Assembly: GCF_020745735.1 (NCBI RefSeq)
Contig: NC_083401.1
Span: 52,511,740-52,575,739 of the forward strand
DNA: 64,000 nt
Direction: 5' to 3'
Source of the DNA: Hemiscyllium ocellatum
Taxonomy: Eukaryota
A program made the translations under genes and the position numbers. Shown in pieces: positions 49,991-63,918 of the stretch. Under the pieces are notes generated by a model that had not been told where the DNA came from, made no database searches, and saw only the letters and a list, made by a program, of their open reading frames with translations. Position 1 is the first letter of the stretch. Every line of letters starts with the position of its first letter.

Positions 49991-52900
49991 TTACTAGCCA
50001 GCAGCACTGGTCCTGCCCAGACCAACGTTACAATCAGGTAAACGAGAAGGAGCAGCTACACTGTGAACCATGAGCATGAACAGATTGTGAATTGCAGCCC
50101 CCAATACCAAAACAAAGTAGATCAACTTCGAGACCAATGAGGATCCTTCAGTCTACCTGGTTAAAGCACAAGCTATCACATGGGTCCTAGAGCCCCTGTA
50201 GAGAATGCCATGCTGACATGAGTTTGCAATAGCTTTACATTGCCACTCAAAAGCCCAGAAAAGTGGATCCAAACTGCTGATCAGAAAATAGAATATTCCT
50301 CAGCTGGAGAGCACTGTCAATGTCCATCATTTTGCTGATAACAAGAAGTAGAATGGGTGGCAATTGTGAGCAGCTATAAGCCAATAAATGGTGTAAAATG
50401 GTGAAAAACAAAAATACAGATGGCTGGAAAAGCTGAGCAGTTCTGGCTTTTCATGAGTTCAGCTTTTCCAGCCATCTCTATTTTTGTCTGTGATTGACAG
50501 CATTCTCGGTTCTTTTGATAAATGGTGCCAGCTGTTCCTTCACTGCTGGCCATTAAAACCCCCAAGTCTTTATCTTGTGTGGCTGTTGCACTAATAGCCA
50601 ACACCTATGGCAGTGTGCACAAAGAAAACTCATCAGTTTTCTGCCTCTGGTTTCTGAAGCAATGAATAATGAAGATCAGTTTTCTGCCAAGAAAAGCAAT
50701 GGTAAAAACCCACACAAGATTGCAAATTTCAAATTTTAGCAGTTCGCACTAAAATGACAGTGACACAAGCACAAGTATGAGAGAGTATTTCCCTCTTGGC
50801 AAGAAAGACAACAGAGATCAGCAGAATGAATTTGTCAATCAGTTGTCTGCATTTATTAAGTTCTTGAGAAACCACTAGATTGTAACATCACACAGAAGTG
50901 AATCATTGGTACTTGGGTGTGAAGAGGTGAAAGGGAAGGAAAAGATTACGTCACTTCAGTCACTCTCTCAAATCACGTCTGTTTTTAAGCTAACCACAAA
51001 AGCAGAGGTTTCTCAGCTTTGCCTGGTCTCTTGATTCCAGGAGGTTTGATGGTAGGAGTCGTCTGCAGTGGACAGAAAATACGGTAAAACCGGAAAGAGG
51101 AAACACCTTCCAAAAATAGGGAACAAACTGAAAGGCTGTCTATGTACCTTCTGCTGAAAATCTCTGGCATGTTTAGCTGGCAGAAACATAGACCAAAAAA
51201 TAAATATCCATTGAATTTTAACTCCACATAGTTTAGTTTACAGCCAGGAGTGAAATGTTTGTTGGAATAGCAAAACTGTACTCGAGATGAATTTGGGCAT
51301 ACTGCCTGTGAGTGTGACAAAATGTGTACTTTGGCAGAATGGTGTTGACTTGTCAGTGGAATTAACAACATAATCTATGTTTATATTCCCTGAAGTGTTT
51401 CTTCATTTCTTAGATAAAACATCATTTTCAAACACCTTTACTTAAAATAATATTATTGAACAAAATTTATATTAAAGATATACTCAGTACATTCATACAG
51501 GGGTTAACATAATTATATACGAAGATAATTATGTAAACAATTATTGTGCCAATTTTCCAGAAGGTTGAAGAATCATTAATTTCACAAAGCAACACCTTCA
51601 ATGTCCATTACCATTTTGTCTTAGATTTGGATTCTTCCAAGAATATTTTGGCTTGTGTTTTGCAGACTGTCAGCCACAATCTGTAACATTCTGTACCTTT
51701 GTACATTCTCCTTGTGAATGACTCACCAAATGGCAGTTATGATGCACGTTTTCCTTAATTACAGCCAAGAAACCATCTCTCTCCACAAAGATCTGTTTCC
51801 ATGCTGAGGTAGTGCCCAGCAACAGCAAGAATGGCGGGTGATGGCATTAACAACAAAGATATTTCTCAAAATAATTCCACATCCCAGTAACCATGCCACA
51901 AACCCCTCCCATCTCACCCCCTTCTCAAATGGATTCTGTAAAGTTGGTAACTGTATCACCCAAGGCAATTATTTCAACTCAAGTCACATTACCTTCATTG
52001 GAATCCCCACAGAAAATGGAACCAGGCCACTGAGATACAGCACTGACAGACAGCAACCATTGGTCTCATTTCTTCCCCCAGTAACTTGTAATCAGTTCAT
52101 GTCTTCAGTATTGTAAAATGTTCCAAGGCACTTGGCAAGAGAAATATCAGACTGTTGCTTGGTAGTAGAGAAGCAGATTTCTGTGAAGAAATACATGTTA
52201 CTGAAGCTTTTCATCTAATCACATTCATCAGTAGAAATGCAACTATTACCAAACTTCAAATGATCACAACAACTTATGCCACAGGAGAAACATCATGTTG
52301 TTTGGTTGACAAGTTAACTCTTACTGACCAAGGCATTGCTATGGAGAAAGCAATGCGAAACTGTAGGCTCCCGATGCTTTTCGAAATCACACAATTACTA
52401 GGCTAGAAATTGAAGTGATAATGTAATTTGATCTCAACACAGCAAGCAGCACTTTAGATACTGCAGCCATTGGTCTTTTAGATCTTCAGCTAAGACTTCC
52501 AAGTGAAAAAAATATTCGATGTGTGTCAGAGTGAAGCTGGGGGAAAAGGACACTGCAGATTCCAGTCTGTCACAGAATGAGATAATGCATTATCTCTGCT
52601 GCAGAGATGCAGAGAACTCAGAACCAAATAAGAAGACAGATGACCACAAGGTAGTACAGGACAGTCTGCCAGCAGGCTTATACACAATGTCACAGAGTGT
52701 AGAACAACCCAACTCCAACCTGTGTCAGGACTTTGCACAAAGCAGGTGGCCATACTGCCAAACATGGATCAAGTGGTCAGGTCCATTAACATGACAGTGA
52801 TGTCCAATCATTTTGATGGTTGTCATGGAAACTGGATAGCTGCCAGACTGGCTTTTGGGCACTCAACTGACCAAGGCCTTCAGCATATAAAGCCATTTCT

Positions 52901-53569
52901 GCCATTTATTTTCTCACACAATGCTGCCAGAACACTGAAGCACAATCAACATGAAAGTTACTCGGAGGTACACTTCCAAATTATCACCTCCAAACAGGTG
53001 AATTTACTGTCCATCTTTCTAACCAGGAAATGCCACATTACTGCAGCATCAAAAACCAAGCTGATTTTGTGTCAGTATGAAAGTAAGATATTGGAAATAC
53101 AAAAATACAAAGATATGCACACTGGCCTCTGTCCTACCTTACATACTAAAATAACAGTGATACAAGCACAAGTACTTCCACCTTGGTGAGGAAGTCAATG
53201 GATATCAGAGGAATGAATTTGTCTACCTAATCCAAAGAACACCATTAAGTGGAGATGCACACAGAAATCTTTACTAGTCAACAACAATAAAAAAGTCATA
53301 TTTATACTTAAAACTGAGATGAGAAAACATATTTTTCCCAGACAGCTGAGAGTTTTGGAATTCCCTTCCACAAAAGGTAGTGTATGCAGATCCTTCAAAT
53401 ATTTTTAAGGCAGAGGGAAATTACCAAAACCTTGATTACCAAAGGGATGAAAGATTGTTGGGGAATATGCTGGAGTGTGGACTTCAGGATAAAATCCATC
53501 AGCCATGATCTCATTACATGACAGAGCGGCCTCTCTTGCTCCTAGTTCGTATTCACTGTGAAAAAAAAA

Positions 53570-54090
53570 TAAAACTGTCTCAAGGCACTTCATGGGAACA
53601 TTGTCAAACAAAATATATACATAAGGTGATGTAGGACAGATGACAAATACTTGGCCAAATACTCAATTTTAAGGAATTATTTTATTTTTAAAAGAGTATA
53701 TGGACAGAAGTAGAGAGGTTAAGAGAATTACCAAATGAAGAGTGTTGGTGTCTAACGGCACCAATGGTTAAAAGTGAAAAAAGCTTAAGAGACCAGCACT
53801 AGAAGAGAACAGAAAACTTTAAAGGTTGAGGAGGTTACCTAGATAGGGTTGGGGCAATGGTGGACTTTTAAAAAAAAAACTAGTATGAGAATTTTGAAGT
53901 TCAGACATTGCTCAATGTTTTTCAACAAACATAAGGATGATAGGCAAACAGGACGTAGTACAAACTAGGACATGGGCAGCAGGGGTTGGAAGAACTAAAC
54001 ATAATGAAGACGAGAAGATGGGATACTGGCCAGAAGAGGACTGGAACAGTCAAGACTAAAAGTAACAAAGACATATTGAATAATCCTGAG
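53570..54090 (-). mobile_element. L2-like LINE 3' fragment (old CR1 tail at 53240-53550 adjacent)
   Basis: Similarity to 14515-14830. Confidence 0.5.
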
Positions 54091-54984
54091 TGTTATACCA
54101 CACAGCTGGCATAGACATGATGGATTAAATAGCCTCCTTCTCTGCAATACACTACTTTATTTCTATGCAATATCATAAGTCATGCTGCACATAACTAATG
54201 GGATAATTCATGTTCCATTAGGGACCACTTGCAGTACACTGCATTGGTGTTCTAACATAAATTGCTACCATGCCATATTGTCTAAATACATATTTTTATT
54301 ATGCTTAAATCCAATGGATCCAATACAAGGCTATTTGTTTCATTTGGTGTGGGACCTATGCTCAAGATGGAGATCACTGCAAACGTCACTCATCATATAT
54401 TTGTTATGATACCAAATCCAATTCAAAGTCAGAACTGTGTGTTATTAACCATTCATATACCATTTTAATTAAAAAAGAGAAACATTATTGTGTAAAGTCT
54501 GATTTTACGGGTTCTGACATTACCTGTGTTGCCACTCTTTATCTATAAGTTTTATAGCACCACAGGGTTCCATTCTGTGACATGAATTCATACCTGCAGA
54601 TATGTGCATTATGATATATGATAGTAATACACATCCATCACTAATTCCTCAACCAAAGTCAATAATAATTTCCTCTTTATCCTAATAATTCCCTTCATAT
54701 ATTTCAAACCATGTATTGAATCTCCTTGTAGATCTTTCTTTTCTGATAGGTAATGCATGCCTCTGGAAGCTAATGCAAACAGAATCAATAGTCACTTCCT
54801 TACCAGAGAAGAAATAAACTAAAGTATCACCTCTTAAATACAATTGATCATGCTTGATATATTGATGCATCTTTAGCCCTGTAGTACAGTTACATGATTC
54901 TCAGCAGATGCTGTCTGTATGCCATCTGTAGGAGTTAACATTGAAGAAGGGGTGGGAGTGACAGAGATGATGTCACTTAAGCAC

Positions 54985-56550
54985 ATAGAACATAGAACAT
55001 TATAGTGCAGTACAGGCCCTTCGGCCCTCGATGTTGCACTGCCCTGTCATACCAATCTAAAGCCCATCCCACCTACACTATTCCATGTACATCCATATGC
55101 CTGTCCAATGACGTCTTAAATGCACTTAAACTTGGTGAATCTATTACTGTTGCAGCCAAAGCATTCCATATCCTTACTACTCTCTGAGTAAAGAAGCTAC
55201 CTCTGACATCTGTCTTATACCTATTTCCCCTCACTTTAAAGTTGTGTCCCCTCGTGTTTGCCATCCCCATACTTGGAAAAAGGCTCTCCCTGCCCACCCT
55301 ATCTAACCCTCTGATTATCTTGTATGTCTCTATTAAGTCACCTCTCAACCTTCTTCTCTCTAACGAGAACAACCTCAAGGCCCTCAGCCTTTCCTCGTAA
55401 GACCTTCCCTCCATACCAGGCAACATCCTAGTAAATCTCCTCTGCACCCTTTCCAAAGTTTCCACATGCTTCTTATAATGCAGTGACCAGAACTGTACAC
55501 AATACCCCAAGTGTGGCCGCACCAGAGTTTTGTACAGCTGCAGCATAACCTCCTGGTTCCGGAACTCAATCCCTCTATGGATAAAGGCCAAAACATTGTA
55601 TGCCTTCTTAACAACCCTGTCAATTTGGATGGCAACTTTCAGAGATCTGTGTACATGGACACCGAGATCTCTCTGCTCATCTGCACTCCCAAGAATCTTA
55701 CCATTAGCCTAGTACTTTGCATTCTGATTACTCCGTCCAAAGTGTATCACCTCACACTTGTCCACATTAAACTCCATTTACCACCTCTCAACCCAGCTCG
55801 GCATCCTATCTATGTCTCTCTGCAACCTACTACATCCTTCATCACTATCCACAACTCCACCAACCTTAGTGTCACCTACAAATTTACTAATCCACCCTTC
55901 TAAACCCTCATCCATGCAATTTATAAAAATGACAAACAGCAGTGGACCCAACACTAACCCTTGTGGTACGCCACTAGTAACTGGACACCAAAATGAACAT
56001 GCTCTATCAACTACAACCCTCTGTTTTCTTTCAGCAAGCCAAGTACTGATCCAAACTGCTATGTCTCCCACAATCCCATTCCTCCGCATTTTGTATAATA
56101 GCCTACTGTGGGGAACTTTATCGAACGCCTTGCTCAAAACCATATACATCACATCAACCAGTTTACTCTCATCTACCTGTTTGGTCACTTTGTCAAAAAA
56201 CTCAATAAGATTTGTTAGGCACGACCTACCCTTCACAAAACCGTGCTGACTGTCCCTGATCAGATTCTTCTTTTCTAGATGGTTATAAATCCTATCTCTT
56301 ATAACCTTTTCCAACACTTTACCAACAACTGAAGTGAGACTCACTGGTCTGTAATTACCAGGGTTGTCTCTACTACCCTTTTTGAACAAGGGAACTACAT
56401 TTGCTATTCTCCAGTCCTCAGGCACTATTCCTGTAGACAATGGTGATTTGAAGATCAATGCCAAAGGCTTGGCAATCTCTTCTTTTGCTTCCCAGAGGAT
56501 CTTATGATAGATCCCATCCGGCCCAGGGGACTTGTCTATTTTCATACTCA
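54985..56550 (-). mobile_element. Young CR1 LINE RT to 3' end
   Basis: ORFs 55778-56602 and 55073-55591 have near-canonical CR1 RT motifs (KSPGPDG, NYRPVSLTS, SGVPQG); (TTCTATG)n tail. Confidence 0.95.
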
Positions 56551-56559
56551 AACACCATG

Positions 56560-57260
56560 TCCATGTCAGGCAGTGACCTCGAACAAGAGAGAATTTAAAC
56601 ACATCCCTTTTACATTCAATTATCTTACCATTGCTGTATTACCCACAAATAATCTTCTGGAAGCTACCATTGATGAGAAAATAAACTGGACTGGCCCCAT
56701 ATAAATATTGTAGCTACAAAAATAGGTCAGAATGTGGGAATGCCTTGGCGGGTAATGCATCTGAGTCCCCAAAGCCTGTCCATCATCTACAAGCCACACC
56801 ATCAGGTGTGTAATGAAATATTTTCCATTTACTTGGATGAATTCACCTCTAAGAACTACTAACAAAGTTGACACAATCTAAACAAAGCAACCTGTTTAAT
56901 TGGCTCCCTATATTCCAACTAATGAAGTTGTAGCAGTGTGCAACATCTACAACATGCACTGCAGCTCCTCAGCAGCCAAACAACAAGATCTCTACTTGAA
57001 GGATAAGGGCAGAGATACATGGTAACACACCATGAGCAAGCTCCTCTTCAAGAACACACAACTTCCTGACTTGGAACTGCATTACCATTTCTTCAATGTG
57101 GATGGCTCTCCCTTCCTAACAGTACAGTGGGTATACCTACACAATATAGACTGAATTGGTTCAAGAATACAGCTCACCACCATCTTCTCAGGCAATTAAA
57201 GATAGGCACCAAATGGGCACTGAAATGGGAATGGCTGCATCTTGTGAAAGAATAAAACCT
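56560..57260 (+). mobile_element. Old CR1/L2-group LINE 3' fragment (partner of SINE family B)
   Basis: IYKPHHQVCNEI-like decayed RT C-terminus; tail CACCACCATCTTCTCAGGCAATTAAAGATAGGCA. Confidence 0.6.
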
Positions 57261-57299
57261 GATTCTTCTGCTTGCCACCTTTATATCTGACTTTGAACA

Positions 57300-58270
57300 A
57301 GACAATAGAAGTAGGCCTCTCAATCATGGCTAATCTGTACCCAAAGGCCATTCACCCACCTTTGTTCCATATTCCTTGTTTTAACCAATGTGAAAACAAC
57401 AATCTCAGTTTTTAAAAATAAATCAATTCATTCATAACCCACAGTTTTTTGAGAAAGCAATTTTTAGCATCAGATTACCCCTTCTGTGAAAATTGCTTCC
57501 TGATTTTATTCATAAATCTCATAGCTTTAAATTTAAGATTACGCCCTCTTGTTCTGAATTCCTCCACCAGAGGAAATAGTTTCTCTTTAACTGCCCTACT
57601 AAATTACATTTTTGTTTTAAACATCTTGATTAAATCATTCATGTTTTATAATCCTTGTGAGTGTGCATACCTAATCCAAAGCTGAAATATCTTTCCATCT
57701 GTGTGATGCCCAAGACTGAATATCCTATTGCAGATGGGGGTCTTTTGTAACTAAAACATTGAGTACATCACTTTTATATTGCAATCCTGTCAAGATAAAG
57801 ACCAACATTCCATTAACATTTTAAATACTTTCCATAACTGCATACAAGTTCTGCTTGTTTATACCTAAATCCCCTTGCCTCTCCGTAGCTCTTAGTTACC
57901 ATCTTTGAGAAAACACTCCATTTGTCATTCTGACTTCCAAAGCACCCTAACACTTCAAATCTTACAGTTGACATTGAACACTATCTGCTGTACTCTTATC
58001 CACTTTGATAACCTGTCAATTCCCCTTTCTACCAGCTCTCATCCACATGATTAACTGTCCTACCTAACAATGTAACTCTGAGGAACTTCATTTGAAACAT
58101 TCTGCTAATCTAAGTACATCGTGACACTTTGTCTCCAAGTTCCCAACCATTTCTGATCCATTTCACAAAATTATAATCTTCTCCGCATACTCTCATTTGT
58201 TGCAGATTATGTTTTGCAATGAGCTCTATCAAGTTGTTCTGGAAGTCAAAACAAAGTGCATTTATTGCCA
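57300..58270 (-). mobile_element. Very old CR1 fragment
   Basis: Decayed CR1 tail and RT similarity. Confidence 0.55.
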
Positions 58271-59091
58271 TTCTAATGTCAAGAAGAAATAATCTAAATC
58301 AACAACATACTCAAATGAAATGGTAAGTGAGAAGAGACGTTTTAGGCCACTGCACTTTCTGCTTATTCTATTTAAAAGTTCGTTCTCAGAGTTCAGGCAT
58401 TACTGACTGGGCCAACATTTATTCCCTGTCCTTAACTGATCTTTAGGATTGAATCACTGTAAAACCAAGCCTCACCTGCATGTCCCAGAAGGTAAATGTT
58501 GTTCCTTCTTTACATTTCAAAAGCTAACAAAATAAACTTGATATGACACTTGGAACGCTAAGATTGTGGCATTTAAATTTTTTTTCGCAATGTATAAGTT
58601 GGCACAAAAGAAAATCACTGAAATTAAAAACAACTTGTGGTTTATAAATAAAAACAAAATTTCTGGAAATATTCAGCATGTCAGGCAGCATCTGCAGAGA
58701 GAAACAGAGATAGCATTTCAGAGAGACAACATTTTACATATTCTTGATATGACCATTTATCAGAACTGAAAAGAAGCTGGAAATGAAAAGATTTTGAACC
58801 AATGGATTAGGTGAAAAGGGAAGGACAATAAAATAATCTATGTGACAGGATAGATTAAATGACCAAACATGTTATGGCGAAAAAGCCAAAGAGAGTGCTA
58901 ATGCACATAAGAAGGAAACATAAAAAGTATCCAGCCCTCTGAATGCAACATGAAGCTGTGAAGAACATAAGGAGGCAAAGTAGCAACAAAAATATATTGA
59001 ACAAAACAGAGATAGAGTCTGTGATCTAAGATAGCTGACTCCAAAAGGCTGTGCATTCCCGAAGTTTTGGTTCACCTTATTTACACTAAAA

Positions 59092-59215
59092 TTCTGGATT
59101 AGTGGTGCTGGAAGAGCACAGCAGTTCAGGCAGCATTCAAAGTGCAGCAAAATCGACATTTCGGGCAAAAGCTCATCATCAGGAATAAAGGCAGTGAGCC
59201 TGAAGCGTAGAGAGA
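59092..59215 (-). mobile_element. PLE terminal repeat (family A)
   Basis: Matches 28940-29060; decayed hammerhead at 59155-59182. Confidence 0.8.
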
Positions 59216-59747
59216 AATTAATTTGCACCCTCAAAAACCATAGCCAAAAGTTATCAGGTGAGTCTGTAAGTTGGTAACATTCTCTGGCATTAACCATTGT
59301 CGTATCCTCTACTATCCAGCTTTTTAATGCCCAGATAAACAAAGGACAACTATTTAAACTGACATTAGATTCAAACGTTTTTTTTGTTAGAACTTGACCA
59401 ACATTCCCAATGCTGTTTTTGGACCATATTATTTATTGGTGATAGAGCATGAAAAGATGCATATTTTCCAATGTGAAGAAATAATAAATTATGTTTATCA
59501 ACATTATAGGTTAAGGTCCATTCAAATGAGATAACTGGCTTAAAAAATAAATCAAAAATAAATCTAAATAGTATTAGATCCCAAGAAGAGACATAAAATC
59601 ACCAGAAAAAATTTCCAAAAGCCTTTGGTTTGGAAGGATTTTGGAATTCAGCAAAAGTGAACAATATGTTCAATGAAGAGAGAGAAAATAGAGTATGAGA
59701 TTACAATGGTAGGGAACATAGAAAGTGACCAGAAATGTTTCTATAAA

Positions 59748-60588
59748 TATTTGATTTGATTGATTTATTATCATACGTACCTAAGTACAGTAGGAAGCTT
59801 TGTTTGTGAGCAGTACAGGCAGATTATAGTAAGCAAGGACATGCAGATCATAGGGTGAAAAAGCTTCTTAGACAGAGGCATACAGATTGTGTTGCACAGG
59901 ACGTGTGCTAGACAAGATCAACAGTAGTGTAAGTTGAAGAGACCATTCATCAGTCTAATAATGACTGGAAAGAAGCTGTTCCTGAACCTGCTGGTGCATG
60001 TGTTCAAGCTTCTGTATCTTCCACCTGATGGAAGAGTTTGTGGGAGATCATTATTGGGGTGTGAAGGGTCTTTGATGATGTTGGCAGCCTTTCTGCAGCA
60101 ATAAGCCATATAAATGGAGTCCATGGATGGTAGGTTGACTTCCATAATGGTCTAGGCTGTACACACTACTTTCTGTAGTTTGGTACGGTCCTGGGTAGGG
60201 CAATGCCATTACCAGGCCGTTATGTACCCAGACTGTGTTCTTTCTATGGTGCACCTGTAAAAGATGTTGAGGGTCCTTATGAACATGCCAAATTTCCTGT
60301 GCTGCCTGAGGAAGAAGAGGCTTTGTTGTGCCTTCTTGACTGTTGCTTCTAAACAGAAAGTCCAGGTCAAGTTGTTGGTTATCATCATGCCTAGGAACTT
60401 GACACTCTCCACTCTCTCAAGCTTAACTCCATTGATATAGATGTTTACCTCCTTTCTTTCTGAAGTCAGTGATCAGTTCTTTAGCTTTGCTGATACTGAG
60501 AGAGAGGTTGTTCTCATGGCACTATATCACCAAACCCTCTATCTCCTTTCTATATTTTGACTTGTCGTTGTTAGATATCCATCCTACT
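59748..60588 (-). mobile_element. Rex1/Babar LINE 3' fragment inserted into a CR1
   Basis: KKAQQSLFFLRQHRKF and IIKDPSHP..LPSGGRYR..RFRNSFFP motifs; (TCAAA)n tail. Confidence 0.88.
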
Positions 60589-60589
60589 A

Positions 60590-61760
60590 TGGATGTCCAG
60601 AGAAAAAAAGTGGATTAAAGACAAATGTAGGTCCTTTACAATAAAATCCAGGAAAATTAAAATGGGGAACAAATAAATGGTGAAAGAATTGAACATCCAC
60701 TTTAGTTCTGTCTTTGCAGAAGTGGCACAAATAACTTCCCAGAAATGCCAGGGAACCTAGGGCTGAGTAAAATGGTGGAATCAAAGGAAATCAGTATTAG
60801 TAAAAAAAAATGGTGCAAGAAAAGTTAATGGGAATAAAGAGTCACAGATCATCAAGGCCTGGTAACTGACATTCCAGAATACTGAAGGAAATGGCTGTGG
60901 AAATATTGGATGCATTGCAGGTCATCTTTCAAAATTCTATAGACTCTGGAGCAGTTTCTACAGATTATGTAAATGTAATCCTTCTCTTTAAAAAGTGAGG
61001 GAGAGAAAAGACGAAGAACAGAAAGCATCAGTAGTGCAGAAACTGCTACAGTTTATTATATAAGACATGATAACAGAACGTTGGACAATTATTAATGGGA
61101 TTACTCTTGGCAGCATGGATTTCTGAAAGGCAAATCATGCTTAACAAATTGACTAACATTCTCTGAAATGTAACTTGTAAAATAGAGAAAACAGAATCAG
61201 TGGATGTGGTGTATTTGGATTTTCAGAAGGCTTTGATAAGGCTTTTCATAAGAAATCAGTGGGAAAAGTTCAAACATGTGGGATAGCAATTAATATATTG
61301 ACATTGATTAAGAATTGGTTGATGGACAGGAAACAGAGAATGGGAATAAAAGGGCTATTTTTTACATGGCAAGCTATGACTAGTGGGTTACTGCAAAGAA
61401 CAATGCTGGGGCCCCAGCGATTTGCATTATATAAAAATGACCTGGATGAATGAACCAAATATAACATTTCCAAATCTGCTGACAACACAAAATTGGGTGG
61501 GATTGTGAGTTGCAAGGAGGCTGCAATGAGACTTCCAAGTTATTTAGAGAAATCGAGTGAGTGAACAAACACATGGCAGTTGCCATACAACACAGCTATA
61601 TGTGAAGTTATACACTTTGGTTCTGGAAACGGAAAGGCGTGGTTTTGGTTAAAGGGCGATATATTGGAAACTATGGATAGGACAAAGAGATTTGGGTGTC
61701 CTTGTACATCAGTCAATTAAAGTAGACAGGCAAGTGTAGCAAGCAGTTGGGAAGGCAACT
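60590..61760 (+). mobile_element. CR1 ORF2 fragment (continues 59640-59747)
   Basis: QHGFLKGKSCLTNL and DVVYLDFQKAFDK motifs. Confidence 0.8.
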
Positions 61761-62312
61761 TGATCAGTTGATGAATTTGGTCATAAAGGGAATAATGAAA
61801 TGGCAGAGATGTTAAGTAGACACTTTGCACCTATCCTTTTGGTGCAAGGTACTTCAAAAATCTCACTAATACTGAAGAATACTGGGGAGGAATTATCCTA
61901 ATACTATCACTATCACTAAAAGAAGTAGTCTTAGACAGCCAAAAGTGCTAAAGGCAGATAAATCTCCTGGCCCTGATAACTTGAATCCTAGGCTCCTAAA
62001 AGAAGTAGCTACAGTGATAATGGATGCATTGGTTATTTCTTTCCAAAAATCCTTGGATTCTGGAGAAGTACCAGAAGTTTGGAAAACTGCCAATGTGACA
62101 CCCCATTCAAAAAAACAGTGAGGCAAAAAGCAGTTAATTATAGGCTGATTAGCCTAACATATATTGTTGGAAAACTACTGGAATAATTATTAAGTAAGCA
62201 ATTGCAGCACATTTAGAAAATCACAACTGAACCAAGCAGAGTCAGCATGGCTTCATGAAAGGTGTATCATGTCTGACTAATTATTAATAGAGCTTCTCAG
62301 GGAAGTCTCAAA

Positions 62313-62494
62313 NNNNNNNNNNNNNNNNNNNNNNNNNNNNNNNNNNNNNNNNNNNNNNNNNNNNNNNNNNNNNNNNNNNNNNNNNNNNNNNNNNNNNNNN
62401 NNNNNNNNNNNNNNNNNNNNNNNNNNNNNNNNNNNNNNNNNNNNNNNNNNNNNNNNNNNNNNNNNNNNNNNNNNNNNNNNNNNNNNNNNNNNNN
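62313..62494. other. Assembly gap (182 N)
   Basis: Run of N. Confidence 1.
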
Positions 62495-63009
62495 TTGGAC
62501 AAGGTACCACACAAAAGATTAAGTCAAAAGGTAAGAGCCCACAGCGTTGGAAGTAGTTTACTGGCAAGGAAAGAGAATTGGCTAATGGGCAGAAACAGCA
62601 AATGGGGGATAAGGAGTTCTTTTTCAAGTTGGCAGCCTGTCACCAGTGGAGTTCCATTGGGATCAGTGCTGGGTCTGCAACTGCTTACAATATACATTAA
62701 TGACTTGGAAGAAGAAAGTGATTGTACTGTAGCCAAATTTACAGACAACACAAAAATAGGTGGAAAGGCAAGTTGTGAGAAGGGAACAAACAGCTTAGGG
62801 AGAGATATAGGTTAAGAAAATGGGCCAAAAGTAGGCAAATGGAGTATAATATGTGACAATGCAAAGTCATTCATTTTGAAAGTGAGAACAAATGAACAGA
62901 ATATTATTTAAATAAAAAAAACTACAGAAACTCAAAGGGACTTGGAGTACTAGTGCATGAAACACAAAATATTAGCACACAGGTAATCCGGTCAGCTATT
63001 AGAAAGTTT

Positions 63010-63325
63010 TTAGATTAGATTCCCTACAGTGTGGAAACAGACCCTTCAGCCCAACTAGCCCACACCGACCATCCGAACAGTAACCCACCCAAACCCATTC
63101 CCCCTAATTAATGCACCTAACACTACGGGCAATTTTAGTATGACCAATTCACCTAACCTGCACATCTTTGGACTGTGGGAGGAAACCGGAGCACCCGAAG
63201 GAAATCCATGCAGACACAGGGAGAATATGCAAACTCCACACAGACAGTCACCCGAGACTGGAATCGAACCTGGGTCCCTGGTGCTGTGAGGCAGCAGTGC
63301 TAACCACTGAGCCACCGTGCCACCC
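63010..63325 (-). mobile_element. HE1 SINE
   Basis: Full head, V-domain, TCTAA tail. Confidence 0.92.
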
Positions 63326-63918
63326 TTCTTATTTCATGGGGGTTGGAGTATAAAAATAGAGAAGTCTTACTGTTACTGTCCAAGGTTTTGGTGAGATCAC
63401 ATCTCGAGCATTTTGAGCAGCTTTGGTCCCCTTATTTAGAAGCTATCCTTTAATTGGAGACAGTTCAGAGAAGGTTGACTAGGATGATCCTGAGGATGGA
63501 GGGGTTGTGTTATGAGCAAAGGCTAAACAAAGTGGCATTCTACTGATTGGTGTTTAGAAGAATGAGAAATGATCTCATTGAAACATCTGGATTCCTACAG
63601 GGCTCACAGGGTAAATGTGGAGTGGATGCTTTCCCTCATGAGAGAGTCTAAGACAAGAGGACATTATCTCAGAAAAAAAAGGTGCCAATTTAAAATTCAG
63701 ATGTGGAATTTCTTCTTTCAGAGGGTTTTGAGTCTTTGGAACTCTGTCTCAGAGAGCTGTGGAGACAGAGTCCTTGTGCACATATAAGGTTGAGATTGAA
63801 AGATTCTTGATCAGTAAGGGAATCAAAGGTTATGGGAAAAAGGCATGACAAATATTGAATCAGGTTTGATCCTATTGAATGATGGAGCAGGTTTGAGCAA
63901 CAAAGCATGAGGAACCTC

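Larger units (their letters stand above)
61780..63900 (+). mobile_element. CR1 ORF2 to 3' end, containing an assembly gap and an HE1 insertion
   Basis: DKSPGPD and VTSGVPLGSVLG..YINDLEE motifs. Confidence 0.88.

Noticed and set aside
52722-53189. 155-aa plus-strand ORF and 59342-58872 156-aa minus-strand ORF as host genes
   Set aside because: Non-ATG starts, no recognisable domain; the second runs through a PLE repeat.
54620-54790. Open minus-strand frame ASRGMHYLSEKKDLQGD.. as a kinase-like exon
   Set aside because: Better explained as a highly decayed CR1 C-terminus (RRLRGDLIEVFKIMKG).
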